Numbered from the whole stretch's first letter, positions 1 through 19,801 are shown. The stretch is 63,684 bases of DNA, filler included, from Reclinomonas americana ATCC 50394 (GCA_048213135.1; 5 parts of 5 records of this genome joined end to end with filler, not necessarily neighbours in it), one strand, 5' to 3'. Numbers and translations: made by a program. The notes: a model not told the origin generated them from the sequence alone.

Positions 1-57
<57 letters not shown>

Positions 58-312
58 AGGGGGGAGACAAGTGCGGCGAGACGTGGGCAGTGGGAGAGAG
101 AAGGCCAAAGAGAGAGAAACAAGATCGATGCAAGAACGAGAGAGAGACAGAGAGAGACGAGAATGAGTAAAACAAGTGCAGCAAGACGGGCAGAGGATAG
201 AGAGAGAAGGCTACAGGAAAGAGAAAACAAGCAAACAAGCAAGCAAGCACAAGAGTGTGTGTGAGAGAGTGTGTGTGTGTTTGTGCATTGGACTTAGTGT
301 TTGCGTGTCCAG

Positions 313-1610
313 CGATCGGTGGTTGCCGGCGAGGAGACAACTCCTGTCGAGTCGTCGGTGCAGTCGAGTGGCGAGGTTTCGATGGTTGTCGATTCCGAGG
401 CGGCAATGATGATTGCGGTGACGACGACCACAACCACGGTCACGACAGCGGCAGCAGCAGTGGGAGCAGCGATGGAGACGAGTGCGGATGCGGTGATGGC
501 GCCACCGCCCGCGTTGGCGGCACCCGTGGTCAAGAAGCGCCCGTCGAGTGGTGCAGGCAGTGCGTTTGCCTCTCCGCCTTTCTCTCTGTCTCTCTCGTTC
601 CATAATCGGTGCTGAGCGAGTGCATTGTTGCAGGCAAGCGACGCAAGACCGTGTTCAGCTCGAGAAACACTCGCAAGAAGCGAAAGGTGGCGCCGGGAAC
701 CGATGGTGCGTGTTGCGTGCCTCGGTGATGTGTCCCAGACTGCCGTGTTGTGATATGAATGTGCGCAGTGTCGGGTGGCAAGGACACGTCGGAAGCGACG
801 GCGGCGGCCGGTGGAGCCGGGGGTGAGATTGGCGACGGTGATGCCATGGGTGAGCTGGAGGACTATGAGTGTGCGACCGACACAAAAGTTGCGGGTGGAT
901 CGATTGAACACAGAACGAGGACGAAACTCACACTCACATGCGCAGCGTAATTTCTGCGTCTTCACGCTGAAACCCGGTCGAGAGCGCGACAAGAGCAAGA
1001 AGAAGCAGGCGGTGGTGTGGACCGATGCACCTTGCTTGTCGCCGCATGATAAGGGTCACAAGATTCAGGTGTTGGAGAACAATCAGGTGGCGCAGGGTGC
1101 ATTGGTGAGGGAGGGGAAAAGGGGAAGGGAAGGGAGGAATGGGAAAGGGGAAGGGAGGGAGGGAGGGGATATGAAAAGGGGGAGGCAGGGGAGGCAGGAG
1201 GGAAGCGCAGGGAGTCTGCGCCACGTTCCACACGAATGAGAGAGAGAGAGAGGAAGAAAGAAAGAGTGTGTGTGTGAGAGAGAGAGAGAGAGTGATAGTG
1301 AGCCTCCCGGTACCACCACCAGCACAACAACAATTGCAACACATGCATTGAGAGAGAGAAAAAGAGTCAGTCAGCACAGGGAGCACTTGCGAGTCTCCCC
1401 GCCCCCTTCCGCACGATAGAGAGAAAGAGAGAGAGAGAGAGAGTCAGAAGCCCAAGTGCCTTTTGAGTCTCCGTCCACGACGCACCGCTCCTGTACTGCC
1501 GCCACCACCACGATAGACACAGAGGGAGAGAGAGTAAGAAGCGAAGGAGAGCAATGATAGGTCCTTCCGCGTTACCACCACGACACGCATTGAGACAGCA
1601 AAAGCGGGAA

Positions 1611-1644
<34 letters not shown>

Positions 1645-1688
1645 TTAGGCAGTGTAGGGAGCAATAGCGAGTCTTCCCGTCCCCACGT

Positions 1689-1744
<56 letters not shown>

Positions 1745-2936
1745 GAAGAAAGAAAGAGTGTGTGGAAGAGAGAGGAGGAAGGCACTGGGAGTGACAGTGA
1801 GCCTCCCGGTACCACCGCTCACAACAATAACTGTAACAAAAGAGAGAGCGAGAGACAAGAGAGATAGGGAGTCAGGCGTACAGGGAGCACTAGCGAGTCT
1901 CCCACCTCTTCCACACGATAGAGAAAGAGAGAGGGAGAGAGAGAGAGTCAGTCAGTGTAGCGAGCTATAGCGAGTCTTCCCGTCTCCCTACTACCACACA
2001 CACAAGAGGGTGCGTGTGAGAGAGAGATCCAGGAAGCGCATCGCGCATGAGTGAGTCTCCGCCCACGACACAGTGGTCCTGTCGCTGCTTGTGTGCGTTG
2101 CTCACGAGAATGAATTGCAGGGCTATGAGACTGTGCGCGGAACGCACGCCGTGTCGGCCGGCACGTGGTACTACGAGGTGACCATGTTGAATGAGCAGGG
2201 ACACTGTCGCCTCGGGTGGGCCAGCACGCGGTGCGACACGGAGGCGCCAGCGGGCTTTGATGATTTCAGTGTGTCGTACGGCAGTCGCAACGGCTTTGCG
2301 TTTCGTCGTGCCAAGGGCCTCCCGTATGGCGAGCCGTATGGTGCGTGCCACTGGCGGAGGTGGTGCAGCTAATAGGCTTTCATGAGTGTGTGCGTGCGTG
2401 CAGGCTGTGGCGATGTAATTGGTGTGCAAATCACCATGGTTCCGCCACTGCCGGGCGATCAGCAGCCACTGCCCAAGGTGACGGAGACAATACATCGCGG
2501 GCAGGGCGTCAGGTATGCCGTGCGTCGGTTGGAGGAGACGCCGTATGTGATGAGCGGCACCAGTGTCAAGTTCTTCAAGAATGGCGTGTGTCAGGGTGTG
2601 GCCACCACAGATCTTATGAGTGGTGCGTATGAGTGGCGAGCGAGTGTTTCTCCTCCCTCCCTCAATAATTTTCGTCGTTTGGCAGGCCCCTACTGCCCGG
2701 CTATATCACTGTATGCCGGTGCGCGTGTGCGCGTGAATTTCGGGCCCGACTTTGCATGCCCTCCACCACCACCAGCCGACGATGCGTCACCGCCACGCCC
2801 AGTGTGCGAGCTGCCACAGACGCAAGTCGCCAACCAAGTGTCGTCGTGCGACTGGGCGTACTTTATGCGTGAGCCGCACCTGCTACCCGTGTCGGCGCCC
2901 GCAGCACCGGCCAAACCCACCCGAGCAAGACAATGA
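313..2936 (+). CDS. ASH2L/Bre2-like SPRY-domain protein (COMPASS subunit-like); multi-exon, 5' end uncertain
   Basis: Spliced exons (946-1104, 2121-2340, 2404-2622, 2686-2936 plus upstream exons) give LSPHDKGHKIQV..QGALGYETVRGTHAVSAGTWYYEV..CRLGWA..APAGFDDFSVSY..GEPYGCGDVIG..FFKNGVCQG..YCPAISLYAGARVRVNFGPDF. This closely parallels the ASH2L SPRY domain. Confidence 0.8.
1200..2010. repeat. Degenerate direct repeats interleaved with GA/CA microsatellites inside the 1105-2120 intron
   Basis: Recurring blocks: gtgagcctcccggtaccacc (~1298, ~1797), agggagcac..gcgagtctccc (~1378, ~1882), atagcgagtcttcccgtc (~1664, ~1967). Confidence 0.7.
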
Positions 2937-2981
2937 ATAGGAGCGCCAGTAATTTGTTACATCTCTCTCTTCCCACCTCTC

Positions 2982-4179
2982 TCATAACTCCATATCTTCG
3001 CCGCTGGCAAACCACCGCCGCCACCCGGTCTTGGCCGGTGGCGCCAACGGGTACCGCAGGGCGAGGGCCACGGCCGACAGCGACCACAGCATCCACACCG
3101 AGGACCACACCCAGTGCGGCACCAGGCCACCAAACAGATCGGCCACCGCGTGTGCATCCGACATGACAGACTGCAGCCGAAGACAGGCAGGCGGGTGAGA
3201 GAGAACGGACGGCAGGGGCATGATGGAGTGCGCGCCAACACGCACCGGACGTCCGGCCACTTGCGCAAACGACGAATACAACACGCGCACCGACATGACC
3301 GCATTCAACGAGCACACGGCCGCCACGAAAGTGTAGGCGTAGGGTGCGTAGGCAGTCACTCGTTGCGCCATGCCCAGGTACAGCATGATAAAGGCGGTGC
3401 AGAGAATCGCGAATGCGCCAAACCAATTGCGCACCCTTTATCCCATGATCAGCAGCAGCAGTGAGCGCAACGCGAAGAGCATGTGCATGCTGACTCACCA
3501 AAACACCACCGAGGCCATCATGAGGCCGCCGATGATGGTCAGTCCAATGTTGGCGGTGCCGGGTCGCAATCGCAGCGCCAACAGCAGTGCACCCTGTGCA
3601 TTTTGTTTGTATATGAGCTCGAGTTTCGTGGCCGCCACTGGTGACACGCAACGATAAAGGCTGTGCCGGGGTAGCCGGCCGAGGAGACCAGAAAGGCCGA
3701 CCACCACGTGTCGGGACGCACCGTGTACGCCAGGCCACTCCCATCGGAGAAGATCTCCAACTGCAAAACGTGGCCTGCATCCCACGACAGTTGTCAGCAG
3801 CTGCAGCAGAAGAGGAAGCGTGTGCGTGATGCGCGCACTGCTGTACCTCCACACAGGATCGCCGCCACTCCATGCGCACACTCGTGCACCCATGTCGATA
3901 AGAGCGTCAGCTGTTGTCGTGTGTCAGATGAAGCGACGATTCCTTGTCTCACACACACACGCGCGCGCACACACACAGAGATTGAAGGAGAGAGGGAGAG
4001 GAGGGAAGGAGAGAGAGCGCGCGCGCAACTGGCCACAAGATCCACCGTCCCCACGACCAGTTCTGCAGAAGCACCAGCACCGCCAGTGCGGTGAGCAAGC
4101 GACGTTCGCGGCGCATCACTTGCTGCCATGTGAGCTTGGTGCTTGTGGTGTATAGCTGGTTCACGGCGTCGCCCGCCAT
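2982..4179 (-). CDS. Peptidase M50B-like integral membrane metalloprotease; 6 exons
   Basis: Spliced product MAGDAVNQ..ILWP|LTLLSTWVHECAHGVAAILCG|GHVLQLEIFSDGSGLAYT..SSAGYPGTAFI|GALLL..SDAHAVADLFG..W. It has an HExxH motif, the AGY and SDA motifs, and several hydrophobic helices. All junctions are GT-AG and in frame. Confidence 0.8.
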
Positions 4180-4534
4180 TGCGAAGGATGAGGTGGGGGC
4201 GGCGGGAGAGGAGACTGGGGGGATGAGGAAGAGAGTTGTCAGAGAGACGGAGAGGAGGGAGAGGGAGTGTGTGGATGTTCTTTGTTATACGTAACGAGGT
4301 GTGCGCGTCGTGTGTAGTGCCTGTCCCATCGCAGAGAAGAAGAGGAACGAGAGTTCGTGTGTTCGCCTTTTCTCGCACTTGGCGTGAAAGAAAGATTACC
4401 GTAGAGCAACGAAGGCCGTTTCTTACTCACTCGGAGAACGGTGGTGCGCTGCGAGCGTAGCTTGTTCTCCGAGAGTCACTCCTGCGCCTGTCTTGTGCGT
4501 GATTGCACAGAAGACACGGGAGAAGTGTCTGCTG

Positions 4535-6182
4535 ATGGACTTCCCATTCTTCAACAGCGAGGATCTCTTCACTCCTTACGTTGCGTGCACACCCGCGCGC
4601 ACCGATCGCGAGAACACGCTGTGCTGTCTGTGGCACAAGAAAACACCACGTGTATATTGAATCTCTCTCTCTCTCTCTCTCTCTGACGCATAGAGATCTC
4701 GCCCCATCATCGCTGGTGGAATCACTCTCGTGGCCTGCAAGCGCATTGCTTCTCCTGACGATGAAGCAATGCCGCCGAGAAGAGCGCGTCTGCTGGCGTC
4801 GCGCGAGTATTGCGAGCGACTCTACCTACTTGAGCACGCAAAAGCGTCAAAGGAGGATGCTGCTCGCCTGGCGGACCAGCTGTACCCTGCCGGGTTGAGC
4901 TGGTGGTGCACTCCAGCTGAGGCGATGACGGAAGACGAAACCATGCGGGAGGTGGCGCTTGTCATTGACATTGGGGGCGACAGACCACATGTGAGTCTCA
5001 CGGACAGTCTGAAGTGAGCGTAGCGTGTGTAGCGATCTCACACTCTATCGCAGCAGCGTATCGAAGGTCCCAGCTTTGTCCACGTGCCAGCACCGCATCC
5101 GTGGTCACCAAAGCGACATCAAGCGTGGCGAGAGAAGGTGTGGACGGCGATTGGCAATGCCGAGCCTGGCAGCGTCGTCGCGATTCAGAGTTCATCTGGA
5201 CTCGATGATGTTGGTGCGCGCGTGTGTCCTCGTCGTGTGAGGCACTGGATCGCTCACTGCTGACCTTCACCACAGGCGACATCATCGTCACGTACTTACA
5301 CTACAGGCTGGGCGTTGACGCCGAGGAGGCATTGGCAAGCTACCAGAATCCAGACGACTCGGCGCGGTTCGCCAGCTGCAGCGACAGCTGCGACTTTTGG
5401 GAGCGTCTTCGCCGCGCACTTCGTTTGCCTCGTGCTGTATCTCAGTCACCAGCGTCTTCTGAAAGTGAGCCACATGCGGATGGAGACATCAAGACAAGGC
5501 TCGGCAACAGAATTCGATCGACCAAGGTTTGCATCGTCGATTACGTGTCGTTTCACTGTGCGCATTTGGCTGACTGGCCGTGGAATAACAGATTGAAAGC
5601 GAAGTGCGCCCCATCTTTGGCGACGAGAGCATTCGGTTTGTGGAGCGCTGTCAGCGAGCCATTGCCAGATACGAAGAAGTGGCTGAAGGGAGACATCCGC
5701 ACATGCATCTCTTCCTTCGAGTTGTGATCTGCAACTTGCTTCGATGTGTGTGGGACGCGGGCAATGTGGACGAGCTGCTGTTCGCGAGGGAGACGTGTGC
5801 CAAGCTGCCTGCTGGAGACAGGCAGCGTGCACTGTTCGAAACGACCATCGACGTGCTGCTGTCGGATGGCTCTGCACAACGTGATCGACATCATGCGGAA
5901 GTGGAGTCGCTGGCCACGGCCAAGCGTGCGAGTCCAGCAACAGTCCGTGATGACGCGAGGTCGCCAACGACTTCGGACTCTTCTGGTGGATCGTCCAGCT
6001 CGGCTGCACTGTCACAATCATCCGTCGATTCGCATGGTCGCTTACGAGGCAATTCTGCAACAGTGACTGTTGGTGAGAGAGAAGACGTGCCTGCAAATCC
6101 TGTGCATTCTGCTTTTCCGAGTCCTCCATGGATCCAGAGCCTGCGTCATATTATTAAACTCGAGTCGTACGCGTCGGATTGA
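4535..6182 (+). CDS. DUSP11/RNA-5'-triphosphatase-fold pseudophosphatase, copy 1 (5 exons)
   Basis: MDFPFFNSEDLFTPY|RSRPIIAGGITLVACKR..WCTPAEAM..EVALVIDIG..|QRIEGPSFVHVPAP..GSVVAIQSSSGLDDV|GDIIVTYLHYRLGVDAEEALASY..|IESEVRPIFGDES.. The exon structure is supported by all three copies; the family assignment is by eye. Confidence 0.65.
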
Positions 6183-6693
6183 TGTGTGGTGGAGTGGAGA
6201 TCAATTGTCGTAGCTCCGACAAGAGAGCACTGTAAGTGATGAGAGGAGTAAGAATGGTCTGCATGTAGTGCATACGAGAGACAGTCTGCGACTTTGAGCG
6301 ATAGGCGATAAGAGACAGTGAGGATCCGGAAAGATCAGCACCACCACAGTCATGAATCGGAAAAATCGAGACAAGTGCTCTCCTTGTCGTCGGTCTCGTC
6401 GATTTTCTTGCTCTTGTTCGCTTCTTTCGTGACGTTGGGTGTGCGCTATGTGCAATGCCTGTCCCACCACAGGGAGAGAATGAGTTCGTTGACCTTTTCT
6501 CGCACTTGGCGTGAAAGAAAATGACTGTAAAGAAGGTAGGCCGTTTCTTCGCCACTCAGTGAACGGTGGGCCGAAGTGACGCTGCGCGCTCAGTTTGTTC
6601 GCCAAGAATCACTTGTGCATTCAACACGGGGGAAATATCTGCTGACACGAAACACGCAGTGATCCACGAGTGATCCACGAGTGACGGCTGTGC

Positions 6694-8083
6694 ATGGAAG
6701 TCTTCCCCTTCATCGGCAGCGACGATCTCTTCACTCCCTACGTTGCGTGCACACGTCACTCGTCAAGAAACTTGCTGTGCTGTGTGTGCCACATGGTGGC
6801 ACCTCGTGTGCTGAAAAGCACTCTCTCTCTCTCTCACACACACGCACAGCGATCTCGCCCCATTGTCGCTGGCGGCATCACTCTGGTGGCCTGCAAGCGC
6901 ATTGCTTCACCTGACGATGAGGCAATGCCGCCAAGAAGAGCTCGTCTGCTGGCATCGCGTGCGTTTTGCGAGCGACTCTATCTCCACCACCACCCCACAG
7001 CCTCGAAGGACGACGCTGCTCGTCAAGTGGACCAGCTTTACCCGGCCGGGTTGAGCTGGTGGTGCACTCCAGCTGAGGCGATGATGGAAGACGAAGCCAT
7101 GCGGGAGGTGGCGCTTGTCATTGACATTGGACGCAACATGCCGCCTGTGAGTCTCGCGATTTGTCGCTGGTGAGCATGTGTGGTGATCTCACACTCCACC
7201 GCAGCAGGGTTTCGGAGGACGTGGCGTGGTTCACATATGCATGCCACCGCCTGACCCATGGTCGTCGGCTCGCCATCACGCATGGCGAGAGAAGGTGTGG
7301 ACGGCGATTGACAGTGCCGCGCCTGGCAGCGTCGTAGCGATTCAGAGTCCATCTGGACTCGATGATGTCGGTGCGCATGCGTGTTGTATGTGTCCTTGTC
7401 GTGTGCAGCACTCGATCGCACGCACTGCTGACCTTCTCCGCAGGCGAAGTCATCGTCACGTACTTGCATTACGGGATCGGTGTGGATGTCGAGGAGGCAT
7501 TGGCGAGCTATCAGAACCCAGACGGCTCGGCGAGGCATATCAATGGCAGCGAGCTGTGGGAGCGCCTTTCCGACGAGTTTTGCTTTCCTCGTGTTGCCTC
7601 TCGGCCATCAACCGAGTTCCAGCCACGCAGAGACCTCAAGAAAATGGTCGGCGACAGAATTCGGGAGGCCAAGGTACAACAGTTCCGTGTCGTTCCATTG
7701 CTGTGCCCTGGGCGCGGATTGACCATCGTGGAACAAAACAGATTGAAGGCAAAGTGCGCCCCATCTTTGGCGACGAGAGCATTCGGTTTGTGGAGCGCTG
7801 TCAGCGAGCCATAGCCAGATACGAAGTACTGGCTGGAGAGAGGCGGCCGCACCTGCATCTCTTCCTGCGACGCGTGATCGGCGATTTGCTTGGAAGTGTG
7901 TGGGACGCGGGCGACGTGGACGAGCTGCTGTTTGCCAGAGAGACGTGTGCCAGGCTGCCTGCTGGAGACAGGCAGCGTGCACTGTTCGAGACGACCATCG
8001 AATTGCTGCTCGAAGATGCCTGCGCATGCGGAGGTGGAGTCGTTGGTCACGGCCAAGCGTGCGAGTCCATCGACATTCCGTGA
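6694..8083 (+). CDS. DUSP11-like pseudophosphatase, copy 2
   Basis: Same exon structure as copy 1. Motif VVAIQSPSGLDDVGEVIVTYLHYGIGVDVEEALASY. The C-terminal tail is read in a different frame from copy 1. Confidence 0.65.
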
Positions 8084-8835
8084 TGGTGCGAGTTCGCCAA
8101 CCGCTTTGACTCTCTTCTGGCGGATCGTCCAGCTCGGCTGCACTGTCACAATCGGTATGGTCGGTTGCGAGGCAATTCCGCAACAGTGACTGTTGGTGAG
8201 AGAGAGGATGTGCCTGCGAATCCTGTGCATTCTGCTCCTCCGAGTCCTCCAGAGCCGTAGCCTGCGTCATATTATTCAACTCGAGTCGTCGGATTGATGT
8301 GTGATGGCGCCGGCGGCCGCGGTCGATTGTCGTAGCTCCGACAAGAGAAGCACGCAATGTAAGTGATGAGAGGAGTGCGGATAGTCTGGGTGTAGTGCAC
8401 ATGAGAGACGGTTTGTGACCTGCAGAGAGGCGACAAGAGACAGTGAGGAAAGATCAGCAACACAGTCATGACTCGGAAAAATCGAGACAGTGCTCTCCTT
8501 GTCGTCGGTCTCGTCGATTTTCTTGCTCTTGTTCGCTTCTTTCGTGACATTGGGTGTGCGCTTTATGCAAGGCCTGTCCCACCACAGGGAGAGAATGAGT
8601 TCGTTGATCACGCAACACCTTTTCTCGCACTTGGCGTGAAAGAAAATGACTGTAAAGTAAGTAGGCCGTTTCTTCGCCACTCAGTGAACGGTGGGCCGAA
8701 GTGACGCGCTCAGTTTGTTCTCCAAGAATCACTTCTGCACCCAACAGGTGTGTGATTGCACAGAAGACACGGGAGAAGTATCTACTGACACGAAACGCGC
8801 AGTGTTTGCATACAGTGTGAATTCGAAAACATTGC

Positions 8836-10159
8836 ATGGACGTCATCAGTAGTGAGAAAATCTTCACTCCCTATGTTGCGTGCACATACACGACGCACTG
8901 AGATGGCACAATGCTGCCTGTGCTACATGGTGACACCGTGTGTGCTGAACGGAATCTCTCTCTCACTCTCACACACGCAGCGATCTCGCCCCATCGTCGC
9001 TGGCGGCATCACTCTCGTAGCCTGCAAGCGCATTGCTTCCCCTGACGATGAGGCAACAATGTCGCCGAGAAGAGTACGTCTGCTGGCGTCGCGCGAGTTC
9101 TGCGAGCGCCTCTATCTACACCGCAACCCCACAGCCTCGGAGGGAGATGCCGCTCGTCAAGTGGATCAGCTGTACCCAGCCGGGTTGAGCTGGTGGTGCA
9201 CTCCAGCTGAGGCGATGACGGAAGACGAAACCATGCGGGAGGTGGCGATTGTCATTGACATTGGACGGAAAAAGCCAGCTGTGAGTCTCGTGGACTGTCT
9301 ACATGTACAGTGAGCTCGTGCGGTGATCTCACACTCCATCGCAGCAGTGCATCGAAGGACGCCATGTTGTCCACGTGCCAGCACCGCATCCGTGGTCACC
9401 ACTGCGACATCAAGCCTGGCGAGAGAAGGCATGGACGGCGATTGGCGATGCAGAGCCTGGCAGCGTCGTAGCGATCCAGAGTCCATCTGGTCTCGACGAT
9501 GTCGGTGTGTGTCCTCGTCATGTGCCGCCCGCACTCGCAGCGATCGCAGTGCTGACCTTCCCCACAGGCGAGATCATCGTCACGTTCTTGCATTACAGGC
9601 TGGGCGTTGATGCTGAGGAGGCACTGGCGAGCTTCCGAAACCCAGACGGCTCGGAGCGGTTTGCCATCGGCAGCGACTTGTGGGAGCACATTCGCGACGA
9701 GTTCTGCTTGCCTTTTGTTGCCTCTCAGCCATCCACCGACTTCGGCTCACACGGAGACATTTCGTTTGCCGGCGAGAACAGCGCGATATTGCGTGCGGCC
9801 ATGGTTTGCGTTGCACTTGATGCCATCGGAGACATTTGCTGTGGCTGACTGTGGTGGAGTGACAACAGATTGAGGACGCAGTGCGGCCCATCTTTGGCGA
9901 CGAGAGCATTCGCTTTGCTGAGCGGTGCGAGCGAGCCATTGCCAGATACGAAGAGCTGGCCGCGGGCAGACAGCCGTATCTGCACTTCTTCCTGCGACGA
10001 GTGATTCGCGAACTGATCGGCACTGTGTGGGACGAACACAACGCCGACGAGCTGCTGTTTGCCAGGGAAACATGTGCCAGGCTGCCTGCTGGAGACAGGC
10101 AGCGTGCACTCTTCGAAACAACCATTGCCTTGCTGCTCGAAGACCAACATGCATTGTGA
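8836..10159 (+). CDS. DUSP11-like pseudophosphatase, copy 3
   Basis: MDVISSEKIFTPY|RSRPIVAGGITLVACKR..VVAIQSPSGLDDVGEIIVTFLHYRLGVDAEEALASF..LLEDQHAL*. Confidence 0.65.
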
Positions 10160-10211
10160 GAATAATGCAGCACAACGCGACTCAAGTTGCAGCTGTCACG
10201 ATCACTGATGC

Positions 10212-10275
<64 letters not shown>

Positions 10276-10898
10276 GTCGACGTCGACGACGACGACGACG
10301 TAGAGNNNNNNNNNNNNNNNNNNNNNNNNNNNNNNNNNNNNNNNNNNNNNNNNNNNNNNNNNNNNNNNNNNNNNNNNNNNNNNNNNNNNNNNNNNNNNNN
10401 NNNNNNNNNNNNNNNNNNNNNNNNNNNNNNNNNNNNNNNNNNNNNNNNNNNNNNNNNNNNNNNNNNNNNNNNNNNNNNNNNNNNNNNNNNNNNNNNNNNN
10501 NNNNNNNNNNNNNNNNNNNNNNNNNNNNNNNNNNNNNNNNNNNNNNNNNNNNNNNNNNNNNNNNNNNNNNNNNNNNNNNNNNNNNNNNNNNNNNNNNNNN
10601 NNNNNNNNNNNNNNNNNNNNNNNNNNNNNNNNNNNNNNNNNNNNNNNNNNNNNNNNNNNNNNNNNNNNNNNNNNNNNNNNNNNNNNNNNNNNNNNNNNNN
10701 NNNNNNNNNNNNNNNNNNNNNNNNNNNNNNNNNNNNNNNNNNNNNNNNNNNNNNNNNNNNNNNNNNNNNNNNNNNNTACGTTAGGTAGGTAAAGTAAAGT
10801 AAGTACGTACGACGACGAACCGAACCGACCGTACGTAACGTTACGTACGTACGACGTCGTCGTACGTACGTACTACTACGTAGTGTCTCTCTCTCCTC

Positions 10899-10943
<45 letters not shown>

Positions 10944-11228
10944 TCCACCTTCTCTCGCACACAACATCAAAAAACCCTTTTGTCCCGTACCAAATCACCC
11001 GGAAACGGTCTCGCTTCTTCCTCTTCGACGCTTTCCTCTCACCCCGCACTTGTAGTTGTCCCGCGCTGCACACACACACAGACACACACACACGCACAAA
11101 CAAAACTGAGTGTGTGTGCGCGCGCGCAAGAGGTGAGTGTTGTTTCCCGCGCATGTGTCTGTGCCTCTCTCTCTCTCTGTGTGTGCTCACTTGTGTGTGT
11201 GCGCGCGCGCGTTCAGTGGTAGCACATC

Positions 11229-19070
<7,842 letters not shown>

Positions 19071-19129
19071 GTGTGAAGATACAAGNNNNNNNNNNNNNNN
19101 NNNNNNNNNNNNNNNNNNNNNNNNNNNNN

Positions 19130-19141
19130 TTAATTAATTAA
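19130..19141. other. Artificial scaffold linker TTAATTAATTAA
   Basis: Six-frame stop 12-mer flanked by equal-length N runs. Identical linkers occur at 38377, 48893 and 62109. Confidence 0.95.
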
Positions 19142-19750
19142 NNNNNNNNNNNNNNNNNNNNNNNNNNNNNNNNNNNNNNNNNNNNCAATACATGCGCAAA
19201 GATTGACCCTCCTCGTTGCTGGCGTTCTGCAAAATGGGGAAGCGTGACCAATGAGAGAGAACGACGACGAGGAGCGGACCGCAACTTGGACCAAGAAACT
19301 TTGCGGACTTGATAGCGACAACAAATTCATTCACTAACAAACATGTACAAGCAACAGCTGTCTTGATGACCAAGTTCAACCGTATCCAAAACATCAACAC
19401 AAACTTGAGGTAGCAGCAGGATTCAAGAGTGTGTGCGTTCGCCATCGGAGCTCCGAACAAGTCGAGAACTGCGACCTTCACCGCATAAATCGGCTTCGTG
19501 CAGCATGCATTTCGAAGCCAGGTGCATGTGCAGTCGCCAGCGCTCAGTGATTCTGCGCCGGTGTTGCAGCACGCACACAAGCTCTTCTCTGCAAAATATT
19601 AATCGACCTGCCGAATTTGCAGTCGAAATATTGCTTGACCAGCAATTCGAATTCCCGAACCAAGCACTGCCTTACGCTCGCCCGCACCTCCCACCAAGCA
19701 TCCTCACAGACACTTTGCCACCCACCATAAGAACCCGAACACCAAACATA

Positions 19751-19770
19751 TTTTCGCGCCATTTGGCGAG
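19751..19770 (+). promoter_or_regulatory. Possible E2F-type motifs (TTTCGCGC and TTTGGCG) just upstream of the ATG at 19802
   Basis: The sequence ttttcgcgccatttggcgag matches the TTTSSCGC consensus. Short motif, no functional evidence. Confidence 0.25.
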
Positions 19771-19801
19771 CAAAAAAATTATCGAACAACGGCTGAGCGA
19801 G

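Larger units (their letters stand above)
4360..10160 (+). repeat. Tandem triplication, unit ~2.1 kb (upstream region plus 5-exon gene)
   Basis: The block ccttttctcgcacttggcgtgaaagaaa recurs at ~4366, ~6493 and ~8618. Each copy is followed by a gene with the same exon/intron layout. Confidence 0.95.

Noticed and set aside
4990-5055. In-frame stops interrupting conserved reading frames (possible stop-codon reassignment)
   Set aside because: The stops I examined in the reconstructed genes fall inside short GT-AG introns, for example the TGA at 5015 after the cat|gtgagt donor. The standard code suffices.
4360-10160. Triplicated unit as a transposable element
   Set aside because: No terminal repeats, target-site duplications, or transposase/RT motifs were seen. 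It is an intron-containing tandem gene duplication.
10273-10882. Unusual TACG/ACGT/CGA-rich quasi-palindromic sequence on both sides of a gap
   Set aside because: It follows the T-A-C-G flow order at contig ends after microsatellites, typical of degraded pyrosequencing read tails. Treated as a probable artefact.
19186-19770. Cys-rich minus-strand ORF at the scaffold start
   Set aside because: No consistent exon chain or motif, and it is truncated by the scaffold edge.
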